Shown: one piece after another, positions 28,144 through 38,200 of the stretch
Numbering within the stretch: the first letter of the stretch is position 1
How the letters are laid out: the number at the start of each line of letters is the position of its first letter
From: a virus
Taxonomy: Duplodnaviria > Caudoviricetes
Length of the DNA: 64,000 nt
Direction: 5' to 3' (one strand)
Virus record (IMG/VR): IMGVR_UViG_3300042254_000186
Coordinates: 37,678 to 101,677 of that record
Made by a program: the position numbers and the translations under genes
The notes under the pieces: generated by a model
What the model was told of the DNA's origin: nothing
Database searches by the model: none
Seen by the model: only the letters and a program-made list of their open reading frames with translations

Positions 28144-30129
28144 ATGGACAGTATATTAGAAGCTTTAAAACAAATAGATGCATCAAACACAACATATGAA
28201 GAATGGATACAAATAGGTATGGCACTAAAAGCCGAAGGATATGACTGTTCAGTATGGAATGATTGGAGCAAGAATGACAACCGTTATAAAGACGGTGAAT
28301 GTTCTATGAAATGGGGAACTTTCAAAGGTTCCTCTATTCCTATATCAGGTGGAACGATTATCAAGATGGCAAAAGACACAGGATGGGAACCTTATGGTGG
28401 AGTAATGGATTGGAACGATACGATTGAATATGATGGCGATGGACTAATTTATGATCCAACAACAGACCTCACTCCTTCTGAACAACTCATAAAATACTTG
28501 GATACACTTTTTTATGATGATGAATATGTAGGCTATGTAACAAATGATGTATGGCAAAACAGTGATGGGAAATGGATACCTAAAAAAGGACAGTACGATC
28601 GAACAGCCGCAGAACTTATTAATTTACTTGAAAAACATCCTAATGACATAGGTGCAGTTCTAGGTGATTCTAAAGAAGAGTGTGGAGCTTGGATCAGATT
28701 TAATCCAGTTGATGGTGTTGGTGTCAAAAATGAAAACATTGTACGCTTTACGCATGCGCTCGTTGAATCAGACGATATGCCGATATCCGAACAAGATGCA
28801 ATTTATCGTAAGTTTGAGCTACCAATTACTTGCTTAGTACATAGTGGTAATAGAAGTTTGCATGCCATAGTAAAAGTTGATGCCAAAGATTCAGAAGAGT
28901 ACCGTAAAAGGGTCGATTTTCTATATGATTTCTTAAACAAGAACGGACTAAAAATAGATAGAGCGAACAGAAATCCTTCAAGGCTATCACGTTTACCTGG
29001 AGTGATAAGAAACGGTGTCATGCAAACTTTAGTAGATACTGATATTGGTAGAAGAAGTTGGAATGAGTGGATGGATTTTGTTGAAGGAAACGCTGATGAG
29101 CTTCCAAGTGTTGATTCACTTGATGAGGCATTATCAAATCTTCCACCATTAGCTCCAGAACTTATTGAAGACGTTGTTAGAGTAGGACACAAAATGCTCA
29201 TATCAGGTTCATCTAAAGCAGGAAAGAGTTTTTTATTAATGGAATTAGCGGTCGCTTTATCTGAAGGTATGAAGTGGCTTGGTTTTCAATGCAAAAAATC
29301 AAAAGTGTTCTATGTGAATTTGGAAATCGATAGAGCGAGCTGTTTAAATCGGTTTGACAAAATATATAAAGCATTAAAGTTAAAACCAAAAAACAGCTCA
29401 AATATAAAAGTATGGAACTTGCGTGGACGTGCAATGCCACTTGATAAACTAGTACCTAAACTCATACGTAAAGTGAAAAATCAAGGCTTTGATGCGATTA
29501 TTATAGATCCAATTTATAAAGTAATTACAGGTGATGAAAACAATGCGAGTGAAATGGGAGCTTTTTCTAATGAATTCGATAAGATTTGCAATGAAACAGG
29601 CTGTGCAGCTATTTACTCACATCATCATAGCAAGGGGAATCAAGGATACAAAAAAGCTATGGACAGAGCGAGTGGTAGTGGGGTATTTGCACGTGATCCT
29701 GACGCACAACTTGATATGATACAGCTCGAAGCAGATGAAGATTTTATGCTACAGAATGCTGATAACCCTAATTCTACAGCGTGGAGACTAGAGAGTAGTT
29801 TACGTGAATTTCCTAATTTTAAACCAGTAAACTTTTGGTTTGAATATCCGATACATCGAGTTGATGATACGGGGATTCTTCAAAAGGTATATGCTAATGG
29901 GGATCCTAAGGGTAATTTGACTAAAAGTGGAAAACGAAATCAAACTCCCGAGTCAAGAAAAGAAGAGTTTGATCGCGCATTTGATATCAACGTGGGTAAA
30001 AATGGAGTATGTGATATTGATGAACTCGCTGAGTACTTAGGAGTTAGCGAGCGAACTATAAGAAATAGAATCAAAGAGTTTGATGAAGAATATACAAGAG
30101 TGAAAAACGACATTTCACGAAAAACTTAG
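28144..30129 (+). CDS. Primase-helicase (PriCT-2, primase and AAA_25 domains)
   Basis: YEEWIQIGMAL, HSGNRSLH, GSSKAGKS, IIDP and HHHSKG, with a C-terminal HTH. Confidence 0.88.
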   Translation: MDSILEALKQIDASNTTYEEWIQIGMALKAEGYDCSVWNDWSKNDNRYKDGECSMKWGTFKGSSIPISGGTIIKMAKDTGWEPYGGVMDWNDTIEYDGDGLIYDPTTDLTPSEQLIKYLDTLFYDDEYVGYVTNDVWQNSDGKWIPKKGQYDRTAAELINLLEKHPNDIGAVLGDSKEECGAWIRFNPVDGVGVKNENIVRFTHALVESDDMPISEQDAIYRKFELPITCLVHSGNRSLHAIVKVDAKDSEEYRKRVDFLYDFLNKNGLKIDRANRNPSRLSRLPGVIRNGVMQTLVDTDIGRRSWNEWMDFVEGNADELPSVDSLDEALSNLPPLAPELIEDVVRVGHKMLISGSSKAGKSFLLMELAVALSEGMKWLGFQCKKSKVFYVNLEIDRASCLNRFDKIYKALKLKPKNSSNIKVWNLRGRAMPLDKLVPKLIRKVKNQGFDAIIIDPIYKVITGDENNASEMGAFSNEFDKICNETGCAAIYSHHHSKGNQGYKKAMDRASGSGVFARDPDAQLDMIQLEADEDFMLQNADNPNSTAWRLESSLREFPNFKPVNFWFEYPIHRVDDTGILQKVYANGDPKGNLTKSGKRNQTPESRKEEFDRAFDINVGKNGVCDIDELAEYLGVSERTIRNRIKEFDEEYTRVKNDISRKT

Positions 30130-30130
30130 T

Positions 30131-30330
30131 ATTGGAAAAGTTGGAAAATACATATTTCCAAGAAAATTGATTGTTTTGGAAAATAGGAAAAAAACTCCTT
30201 TATTCCATTTGGAAAAAAACTTGGAAAATAGGGCTTATATATACATGTTGTTTCCAACACGCTGACGCATAGTTTGTAGGATAGGGCTTGTAAGCCTGCC
30301 CTATCCCAAACAAATGCATCAACGTCAGCA
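30131..30330. other. Putative replication origin: TTGGAAAA iterons and a long hairpin
   Basis: TTGGAAAA at 30132, 30141, 30176, 30209 and 30221, with inverted copies at 30155 and 30251. Stem-loop at 30261-30329. Confidence 0.6.
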
Positions 30331-30382
30331 CTTGCCTTTCTTCAACTAAAAATTCTAAAAAATTCTGAAAAAGGAGGAAACT

Positions 30383-30805
30383 ATGAAAATATTTCTATTA
30401 CTAGATCCACCAACAATAACAGCACAACAAAATAAAGTAACACTGGTGAACAACAAACCAGTTTTCTATAAACCGGAAAAATTAAAGAAAGCAAGACGAA
30501 CAATAATCAAACACTTAAGACCATTCAAACCAAAGGAACCAATGCAAGGTCCGATTAGGCTTGATGTGATATGGAGATTTCCAAAAGGTAAAAGACATAA
30601 GCATCAGGAATGGAGAGTCACTAGACCAGACACAGATAATCTGGAGAAGATGCTGAAGGACTGTATGACAGAAGTCGGATTTTGGAATGATGATGCCCAA
30701 GTAGTAGTTGAACATGTGGAAAAATTATGGTCCGATGATCCAACAGGGATATCAATTGAAATTAATGTGTTAAGTAAATTCAAGGAGGAAGAAGATGACG
30801 GCTAA
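30383..30805 (+). CDS. rusA: RusA-family Holliday junction resolvase
   Basis: RPDTDNLEKMLKD...WNDDAQV. Confidence 0.88.
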   Translation: MKIFLLLDPPTITAQQNKVTLVNNKPVFYKPEKLKKARRTIIKHLRPFKPKEPMQGPIRLDVIWRFPKGKRHKHQEWRVTRPDTDNLEKMLKDCMTEVGFWNDDAQVVVEHVEKLWSDDPTGISIEINVLSKFKEEEDDG

Positions 30806-31205
30806 AGAGTACCTAAGCAGATATCACAATACAAAAGTGAAAATTGAAAAGCTACAAGCATTAGTAGATACGTACATACGTTTGGCTAATGAAATACCGG
30901 GCATTCAATTTGATGCAATTCGAGTTGATGGTGGCAAAAGTCTGAAAGCTCCCTTTGAGAAGTGGATACTTAAGACTTTGGATTATGAGATTGAAATCAA
31001 AGAAATGAAACGAAAACTACCTGGTTATAAGAAAGAAGCAATACAAGCTATAGAAGAAATTGAAGATCAAAATTATCAATTGATTTTAGTTTATAGATAT
31101 ATTGATTGGTTAAGTTGGAGACAAATTGCTGAAAGAATGTTCTTCTCATCAGCTACAATAAGAAGATGGCATGATAAGGCTTTGTTGGAAATCGAGATTG
31201 ATTGA
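30795..31205 (+). CDS. RinA/ArpU-like late transcriptional activator
   Basis: MTAKEYL N-terminus and ILVYRY...SWRQIAE.M.FS.ATIRRWH.KAL HTH. Located at the end of the replication module. Confidence 0.8.
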   Translation: MTAKEYLSRYHNTKVKIEKLQALVDTYIRLANEIPGIQFDAIRVDGGKSLKAPFEKWILKTLDYEIEIKEMKRKLPGYKKEAIQAIEEIEDQNYQLILVYRYIDWLSWRQIAERMFFSSATIRRWHDKALLEIEID

Positions 31206-31226
31206 AAGAACTAAAGGAGTTTGCAG

Positions 31227-31410
31227 CTACTCCTTAGTTTCGATTTGTTTCTTGATTTGGTTAATCTTTAGTGTAATGAACTCTATCATTGCTTTAATGT
31301 GTTTATGCTCTACTTTTAGTAGTGTCTCATCATCTTTAGTAATGATAGTTGATTCATCATCAATCGCTACATGATAACCTTTAATTTTGAGTTCAACAAT
31401 TGTTTCCTTC
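31227..31410 (-). CDS. Small hypothetical protein on the opposite strand
   Basis: GAGGAG RBS before MKETIVELK and a hairpin terminator downstream. Confidence 0.5.
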
Positions 31411-31460
31411 ATAGTATCAACTCCTCTCATAACAGTATGTGTAAAATCTGCGAGGGCAAA

Positions 31461-31681
31461 ATGACAAGGTTGAGCAAGGTTGATATATTGTGAAACTGTC
31501 AAGGGTGTGATAGTATTATAATGAGCAAGGTGTAAGATACATGGAATACTGGCTTAACAACCAGCCTAGAAATGAGAAGAATTCATATAATTATGGGTTC
31601 TTTTTTGTTTTTGCAGAGATACTTGTAGTATTCCAACTCGTAAACAATTACAATTTTATGTTACAGTTGGAGTGATTTTTT
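31461..31681 (+). promoter_or_regulatory. Late promoter with CAAGGT direct repeats and a structured leader
   Basis: TGACAAGGT-TGAGCAAGGT tandem, TATAAT, a second TGAGCAAGGT at 31522, a terminator hairpin and an RBS-sequestering stem. Confidence 0.6.
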
Positions 31682-32206
31682 ATGAAAGGAAAGATGCTTG
31701 ACACGTATGAGCGTTGGGAGAAATCTGGACATTTAGAAAACAAATTAAAAGCAATATCAGAGATGATATCAAAAAGAGCTACTCAAAAACAGGTAGCTGA
31801 ATATTTAGGTATCACAGAAAAGACAATCATCAAGTTACGTAAATCACACAAACGATTAGATGATGCTTTTCAATTTGGTGATGAGGACTTGAGGCAAAAA
31901 CTAGTAGATGCTGTTTATCAACGTGCGATTGGCTTTGAATATGAAGAAACACAAACCGTTATTGAGGAAACAAAGACAGGTACGAAAAAGCGTATCACAA
32001 AATACAAGAAACAATCATTACCAGATATTCAAGCGATCAAGTATCTGCTGATTACGAAGTTTGGTATCGAATATAACGAAAAGAAAGCAGAAATTGAGCT
32101 TATGGAAAAACGCCTAGAAAAAGGTGAGGAGGTATGGACAAATGAATATAGTGATGAAATCAGTACAAGTACTCCAAGAGTACGAAAACAATCCAAGAAA
32201 CAATGA
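31682..32206 (+). CDS. HTH protein, small-terminase-like
   Basis: TQKQVAEYLGI HTH and AVYQRAIG...PDIQAIKYLL. Confidence 0.65.
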   Translation: MKGKMLDTYERWEKSGHLENKLKAISEMISKRATQKQVAEYLGITEKTIIKLRKSHKRLDDAFQFGDEDLRQKLVDAVYQRAIGFEYEETQTVIEETKTGTKKRITKYKKQSLPDIQAIKYLLITKFGIEYNEKKAEIELMEKRLEKGEEVWTNEYSDEISTSTPRVRKQSKKQ

Positions 32207-33353
32207 TGAGGCAATTAAAGCAGTTGCTAATTCAATCAGAGAATTCGGTTTTAAAGTACCGATTGTGATTACTAGTGATAACGTCATTATAGCCGGACAT
32301 ACCCGCTTAAAAGCCTCTGTGTCGCTTGGTTTAACTGAAGTGCCGTGTATTATCGCAGATGACTTAAACGAGGAACAGATCAAAGCATTTAGGCTTGCTG
32401 ATAACAAGACAGCTGAACTGGCTAGTTGGGATTTATCAAAGCTTGAGGATGAACTTGCAAACTTGGATATGGATATGCTTCAGTTTGGATTTGAAGAGAT
32501 GGAAGAGTTGCTTCCTGATAATGCAGCGGATGATGATTTTGATATTGATGATGAAATCCCTGAAGTTCCATTCTCGCAATCTGGTGACATTTATGAGTTA
32601 GGTCCTCATCGAGTGTTGTGTGGTGATTCAACTGATCCCGAACAAGTGAAAAAATTATTAGATGGCAAAGTAGTAGATATGATTTTTACTGATCCTCCTT
32701 ACAATGTTGATTATGAAGGGACAGCTGGAAAGATCAAAAACGATAAGATGGAAGACGATACTTTCTATCTTTTTTTATTGGCTGCTTTTCAGAATATGTT
32801 TGAACATACAAAACCTGGTGGTGCGATCTATTGTTGCCATGCTGATACAGAAGGACTCAACTTTAGAAATGCATTCAAGAGTGCTGGTTATAAATTAGCT
32901 GAATGTTTGATTTGGGTCAAGAATGCTTTAGTACTTGGACGACAAGATTATCATTGGAGACATGAGCCCATCCTTTATGGATGGAAAGAAGGTGCTGCTC
33001 ATTATTTTGTTGATGATCGCTCTCAGGATACTATTTGGGAATATAACAAGCCAAGAAAGAATGAGGAACATCCAACAATGAAACCACTAGAACTTGTAGG
33101 AAAAGCAATCAGCAATTCATCAAGACGTCATGAAACTATTCTTGATTTGTTTGGTGGTTCTGGTTCAACCATGATTGCTGCGGATCAATTAGACCGTAAA
33201 GCGTATCTGATGGAACTAGATGAGAAGTTTATCGATGTTATTGTTAAACGCTACATCAAACATAAAGAATCAAACGAGAATTGCTATTTGATTAGAAATG
33301 GAGAAAGGTCTCCACTTAGCGATTTTGGTTACTTTGAAAATAAGTCTCTATAG
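32142..33353 (+). CDS. ParB-like domain fused to an N6/N4 DNA methyltransferase (beta class)
   Basis: NPR.ND...IIAGHTR...ADN, then FTDPPY before HPTMKP and DLFGGSGS. Confidence 0.92.
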   Translation: MNIVMKSVQVLQEYENNPRNNDEAIKAVANSIREFGFKVPIVITSDNVIIAGHTRLKASVSLGLTEVPCIIADDLNEEQIKAFRLADNKTAELASWDLSKLEDELANLDMDMLQFGFEEMEELLPDNAADDDFDIDDEIPEVPFSQSGDIYELGPHRVLCGDSTDPEQVKKLLDGKVVDMIFTDPPYNVDYEGTAGKIKNDKMEDDTFYLFLLAAFQNMFEHTKPGGAIYCCHADTEGLNFRNAFKSAGYKLAECLIWVKNALVLGRQDYHWRHEPILYGWKEGAAHYFVDDRSQDTIWEYNKPRKNEEHPTMKPLELVGKAISNSSRRHETILDLFGGSGSTMIAADQLDRKAYLMELDEKFIDVIVKRYIKHKESNENCYLIRNGERSPLSDFGYFENKSL

Positions 33354-33364
33354 TGAAAATATAA

Positions 33365-33418
33365 CTTGCTATTTAGTCCTTTTAGAGTGATATATATAGT
33401 AACCAAATTAAAGGAGGC
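33365..33418 (+). promoter_or_regulatory. Conserved promoter motif CTTG-N15-AGAGTGATATATA...TAACCAAA..GGAGG
   Basis: Same boxes and spacing at 57057-57106, with a degenerate copy at 53088. Confidence 0.65.
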
Positions 33419-33423
33419 TATTT

Positions 33424-33801
33424 ATGTTTAAGGAATTTAACGCACATCCGAAAGGAATCAAAACTGGAGATTGTGTAGTAAGAGCAATTGCAACAGCAAC
33501 CGATACGGATTACTTAGAATGTCGCAGGGAATTGAATCGTAAGAAACGAGAGTTAGGGTATTCGAGTTACAAAGATACGAAGTTCTTATACGATTATCTG
33601 AAAGGCTATCCAAGACTTATATTCAAGGCAGTAAAAGGTGAACCTAGAATCAAAGGTAGTGATTTTACCGAGTTACATCCAAAAGGGACTTACATCTTAA
33701 AAATGGCTGGTCATATAACCGCTTGTGTAAATGGAGTGATACTTGATACTTGGGATTGTTCATATCGTTCAGTTTATACAGCATGGGAGATAGCAAAATA
33801 A
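33424..33801 (+). CDS. Putative papain-like cysteine peptidase (moron)
   Basis: GDCVVRAI...GHI...DTWD Cys-His-Asp spacing. Has its own promoter and a terminator (GGAGCGAAAGCTCC-T6). Confidence 0.6.
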   Translation: MFKEFNAHPKGIKTGDCVVRAIATATDTDYLECRRELNRKKRELGYSSYKDTKFLYDYLKGYPRLIFKAVKGEPRIKGSDFTELHPKGTYILKMAGHITACVNGVILDTWDCSYRSVYTAWEIAK

Positions 33802-33853
33802 GAACTGGAGCGAAAGCTCCTTTTTTAGTCGTATATAAAGGAGATGAAGTTTA

Positions 33854-34984
33854 ATGCAAATAATAACAAGTGAATCAGTATTTAGTGGACATCCGGATAA
33901 GATCTGTGACCAAATCAGCGATGCGATACTAGATGCTATTTTAGAACAAGATAAAAACGCTCGAGTAGCAGTTGAAACAGCAATCAAAGATGATTTAGTC
34001 TTTGTCTTTGGAGAGGTCACAACAACTGCGAAAGTAGATTATGCAGTTATAGCAAAACAAAAACTAAAAGAGATTGGCTACGATGATAATTTTGTAGTTA
34101 TGGAGAAGATATCAAAACAATCAGTTGATATCGCTCTTGGTGTGAACTCAACCGAAACACATGAACAAGGTGCTGGAGATCAAGGTATTATGTTTGGTTA
34201 CGCTTGTAACGAAACACAAGAATTCATGCCTTTACCTATCATGCTAGCTAATCAAATATCAAAAGAGATGGATAAAATTCGTAAAGAGAAGTATTCAAAC
34301 ATCTTTGGACCTGATGGAAAATGCCAGGTTTCAGTTGGCTATGAAAATGGTAGACCTAAGAAAGTAGAGACTATTGTTGTTTCAGCGCAAACACAGCCTG
34401 GAGTATTCTTAGAAAAAGCAGAAGACATTATCATCAATGAAGTGTTAACAAAAGTATTTGATTTCGATACGATATTAGAGGCAGAAGTATTAATCAATCC
34501 TACGGGTGAGTTTGTGATTGGTGGTCCTTATGCTGATTCTGGATTAACTGGTAGAAAGATTATTGTAGATACTTATGGTGGTTATGCTAAACATGGTGGA
34601 GGTGCCTTTTCTGGCAAGGACGTAAGCAAAGTTGATCGTAGTGCGGCTTATTATGCCAGATACGTTTCAAAAGCCGTTGTTGGGGCAAATTTGGCGACAC
34701 GTTGCGAGTTACAACTAAGTTATGCAATTGGAATAGCAAAACCTGTAAGTGTTTATGTAGATACCTTTGGAACTGGTGTCATTAGTGATGATCAAATTCA
34801 AAGTCTTATTACTAAAGTATTTGATTTTAGACCACAAAGCATAAGAAAAGAACTCAACCTTGATAGTGTTAAGTTCCAGGAGTTAGCGAAGTATGGTCAC
34901 TTTGGTCGTGAAGATTTAGATGTTCGTTGGGAACATGTAGATGATAAGATAACTGAACTGAGAAAACTTTATGAGAAAGCCTAA
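33854..34984 (+). CDS. metK: S-adenosylmethionine synthetase
   Basis: TSESV..GHPDKICDQISD, GAGDQG, GLTGRKIIVDTYGG, GGAFSGKD..KVDRS and YGHFGR. Confidence 0.97.
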   Translation: MQIITSESVFSGHPDKICDQISDAILDAILEQDKNARVAVETAIKDDLVFVFGEVTTTAKVDYAVIAKQKLKEIGYDDNFVVMEKISKQSVDIALGVNSTETHEQGAGDQGIMFGYACNETQEFMPLPIMLANQISKEMDKIRKEKYSNIFGPDGKCQVSVGYENGRPKKVETIVVSAQTQPGVFLEKAEDIIINEVLTKVFDFDTILEAEVLINPTGEFVIGGPYADSGLTGRKIIVDTYGGYAKHGGGAFSGKDVSKVDRSAAYYARYVSKAVVGANLATRCELQLSYAIGIAKPVSVYVDTFGTGVISDDQIQSLITKVFDFRPQSIRKELNLDSVKFQELAKYGHFGREDLDVRWEHVDDKITELRKLYEKA

Positions 34985-35255
34985 AGAAATACATCGATTC
35001 TATAAATCAGTAGCATGGCAAGTAGCAAGAGAAATCAAGATACGAGATGCTAATGGAAAGTGTGAACGTTGTGGTGCTTTAGGAGAAGAAGTTCATCACA
35101 TTAAACGATTAACAGTACATAATGTAATGAATCCGAACATCAGTTTGAATCAAGAGAACCTTGAGTTGTTGTGTAAGAAATGTCACAACTCAGAACATAA
35201 GCGTTTCTCAAAGTCACAGCATTTTGATGAAGATGGTAATTTGATAATGAAGTAA
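34971..35255 (+). CDS. Packaging-associated HNH endonuclease
   Basis: CERC...VHH...NLELLCKKCHNSEH. Confidence 0.9.
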   Translation: MRKPKEIHRFYKSVAWQVAREIKIRDANGKCERCGALGEEVHHIKRLTVHNVMNPNISLNQENLELLCKKCHNSEHKRFSKSQHFDEDGNLIMK

Positions 35256-35280
35256 ATAACCATTCATGTTATAATACTTT

Positions 35281-35538
35281 TTGAAAGGGTGTGCTAATAT
35301 GAGAACTAAGGATGAAGTATTAATTGACTTAATTAAATTAAATGGTGAAATACAAGGTAAAGGTGTTATTGGGGATATTCAAACAACAAGAGATGTTTTT
35401 ACAGAATTAAAAGATGAAGTTAAATCTCTGTTTCCTGATGCTTCACTCTTTAATAAAAAAATCTATTTTGGTGATAGCTTTGATTACAAACTTCCTCAAA
35501 TGCAGGAAGAGTGCATTGAAATGATCTTGCTATTCTAA
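35281..35538 (+). CDS. Small hypothetical moron protein
   Basis: Own TGnTATAAT promoter. Inserted between the HNH gene and the cos-like region. Confidence 0.5.
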   Translation: MKGCANMRTKDEVLIDLIKLNGEIQGKGVIGDIQTTRDVFTELKDEVKSLFPDASLFNKKIYFGDSFDYKLPQMQEECIEMILLF

Positions 35539-35610
35539 CCCCCGCCCCAATGCCTGTTATTTATGTGCGAAGGGTACCGCGTAAGGGGGCAATTAAGAAA
35601 CACGAGGAAG
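35539..35610. other. Putative cos/packaging region
   Basis: GC-rich CCCCCGCCCC...GGGTACCG...GGGGG block between the HNH gene and terS, the usual cos position in HK97-like cos phages. Confidence 0.55.
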
Positions 35611-35644
35611 ATTTTTTGAAAATCGGAAAAGAGGTTTTCAAGTT

Positions 35645-35965
35645 ATGATTAATATAGAATACGAGCGATTAAAGTCGCTTTTTTCTTTGGTCGATGAATC
35701 AAAGACAGAATTAGTAGATAACTTAATTTATCAAGCTGCATTTATGAAAGTGGAACTTGATAAGTTACAAGAACAGATTAGAAAATATGGTGCGGTTCAA
35801 ACTTCAAGTAGAGGTGCACAACGTCAGACTGAAGCCGCCAAGTATTACACAAAATTAGTGAACTCATATGGAACAGTAATTAAAACGCTAAATAGTATTC
35901 TTGGAACACAAGTAGATGATGGAGATGATGCATTTGATGAATTTCTTAAGAGAGCAAGCGAATGA
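35645..35965 (+). CDS. Terminase small subunit
   Basis: Helical P27-like protein ending in FDEFL, overlapping the terL start. Confidence 0.75.
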   Translation: MINIEYERLKSLFSLVDESKTELVDNLIYQAAFMKVELDKLQEQIRKYGAVQTSSRGAQRQTEAAKYYTKLVNSYGTVIKTLNSILGTQVDDGDDAFDEFLKRASE

Positions 35966-37605
35966 ATTATTTGGTAGAGTATTACAATGAAATCGAAAAT
36001 GGAAATATTATCGTAGGTGAGGAATTAAAAACTGAAATAGATCAACTGATAGAAGATCTAGAAAATCCATTGTATTATTTTGATGAGAAACCAGGACAAC
36101 TAAGGATTGATTTCATTGAAACGTTTTGTAAACACACTAAGTCTCCATTCAACGGTATGCCATTCATTCTAGAATTATGGGAGAAGGCAATCCTTCAAAC
36201 AGCATATGGATTTAAGATAGCCGACTCAGGATTACGTAGATTTAATGAAGTTATATTACTCATTGCTCGTAAGAATGGGAAGACGACATTTGTTGCCGGT
36301 ATAGATTTGGCTGAGTTCTTTTTATCAAGAGGTGGAGTAGATATTGTATGTGCTTCTAACACCACAGAACAAGCAAACATTCTTTTTGAAGAGATCAACA
36401 ACATGCGAGAACAATCTCCGGCTTTATCAAAGGAAACTAGAAGTAAGAAAAACATCTATCACATCTATTCTCCGAAGACTAAGAATAAGATTAAGAAGTT
36501 ATCTGCTCAATCAAGAAACAAAGATGGATACAATATCGAAGTTGGTTGTATTGATGAAGTCCATGAAATGACGGACTCAAAAGTCTATGATGCAATCAAA
36601 CAATCACAATCAACAAAGAAAGAACCGTTAATATTTATCATAACCACTGAAGGGACGACCATCGGTGGTTTTTTAGATAGTAAATTAGAATATGCTAGAA
36701 AAATGTTAAAAGGTGAAATACAAGATAACAGAGTACTTCCCTGGCTCTACACACAAGACTCAACTAAGGAGATTTACGAAGATCCAACCACATGGCAAAA
36801 GTCGAATCCTAGTATTGGAGTCGTAAAACTCAATAATTACTTAGAAGATGTTATGAACAAATCGAAGCACGACTTATCCACAAGGGTGACAATGCTTTGT
36901 AAAGACTTTAATATCAAGCAAGCAGATTCAGGTTCATGGTTATCTTTTGATGATTTGAACAATGAAGACAAATATTCAATCGATGATTTAAGAGATTCTT
37001 ATGCAATTGGTGGTGTCGATCTATCTTCAACAACAGACCTGACAGCTGCAGTCTTGGTTATCCAAAAACGAGATAGCAATAAGAAGTATGTCATACCGCA
37101 TTTCTTTATGCCAAGTGAAGTAGTGGAAAAGAGAATCAAAGAAGATAACGTTCCATATGACATTTGGATTAAGAAAGGTTTTGTGACTCTCACTGATGGA
37201 CATCAAAATGACTTTAGTTTAGTAACTCAGTGGTTTATGAAGATGATACAAACTTATGGAATCCGACCACTATGGGTAGGGTATGACCCCTGGAACTCAC
37301 AGTACTGGATAAAAGAAATGGAAGACTTAGGTTTTAATATGGAGAAAGTAAGACAAGGTATCTATTCTTTATCAGAACCAATGAAAATCCTAGAAGCAGA
37401 TCTAAAAAACAATGTTGTGAACTATAACAATAATCCTATCTTGAAATGGTGTCTTGCTAACACACAAGCAAAGGTTGATTTAAATGGAAACATCCAACCA
37501 TCAAAACTAAACTCTAAGTACAAACGAATTGATGGAACAGTAGCGTTGATAATTGCCTATGTTGTTCTAAATAGATATAAGACAGATTATGAAAATATGA
37601 TATAA
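35962..37605 (+). CDS. terL: Terminase large subunit
   Basis: ARKNGKT, IDEVH, ITT, GVDLSSTTDLT, YDPWN and RIDG. Confidence 0.95.
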   Translation: MNYLVEYYNEIENGNIIVGEELKTEIDQLIEDLENPLYYFDEKPGQLRIDFIETFCKHTKSPFNGMPFILELWEKAILQTAYGFKIADSGLRRFNEVILLIARKNGKTTFVAGIDLAEFFLSRGGVDIVCASNTTEQANILFEEINNMREQSPALSKETRSKKNIYHIYSPKTKNKIKKLSAQSRNKDGYNIEVGCIDEVHEMTDSKVYDAIKQSQSTKKEPLIFIITTEGTTIGGFLDSKLEYARKMLKGEIQDNRVLPWLYTQDSTKEIYEDPTTWQKSNPSIGVVKLNNYLEDVMNKSKHDLSTRVTMLCKDFNIKQADSGSWLSFDDLNNEDKYSIDDLRDSYAIGGVDLSSTTDLTAAVLVIQKRDSNKKYVIPHFFMPSEVVEKRIKEDNVPYDIWIKKGFVTLTDGHQNDFSLVTQWFMKMIQTYGIRPLWVGYDPWNSQYWIKEMEDLGFNMEKVRQGIYSLSEPMKILEADLKNNVVNYNNNPILKWCLANTQAKVDLNGNIQPSKLNSKYKRIDGTVALIIAYVVLNRYKTDYENMI

Positions 37606-37615
37606 TATTTATAAA

Positions 37616-38197
37616 TTGGGGGTGCAATTTATGGATATTATTGCAGTAATTATTTCATCATTAACACTTTTATGGACATTCATCAGTTTTTTTTTACTAC
37701 ATAAGCAGTCAAAGGAAATACAGCAATTACAAGCAAAATATGATCGAACAAACTATATGAGTCAGGTACAATTTGATATTGAGATTGAAACATACAAAAA
37801 ACTTTCTGTAACTTTTCATAAGTTATATTTTTCAATACACTCATTGTTTCCAAATGGGCTAGACAGAGCTACTCCATTTGATGAGGAAAAGAAAATTGAA
37901 TACAGAAAGAAAATCTATGAAGACGCAGTAAAGGCATACAATGGATATATCGAAGTGCTTTTTGCTAATAGACCTTTCATCGATGAAAACATATATAAAG
38001 GGTTTGATGAACTTAGAGATAAAGCAAGATTGCAAATTGCATGGTTTCCGGACCTGATGATCTTTAAAAGAGATACATATATAAAAGAGTATGCAGAGGA
38101 AGAAACTCAATGCTGGAAGAGAACTTCAGAAATTGAAAAAGAAAAAGATGAATTATTAAAACTGGTAAGGGAACATCTTAAATCAATCATGAAATAG
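37616..38197 (+). CDS. Membrane-anchored moron protein
   Basis: N-terminal TM helix followed by a helical domain. Inserted between terL and the portal gene. Confidence 0.65.
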   Translation: MGVQFMDIIAVIISSLTLLWTFISFFLLHKQSKEIQQLQAKYDRTNYMSQVQFDIEIETYKKLSVTFHKLYFSIHSLFPNGLDRATPFDEEKKIEYRKKIYEDAVKAYNGYIEVLFANRPFIDENIYKGFDELRDKARLQIAWFPDLMIFKRDTYIKEYAEEETQCWKRTSEIEKEKDELLKLVREHLKSIMK

Positions 38198-38200
38198 GAG

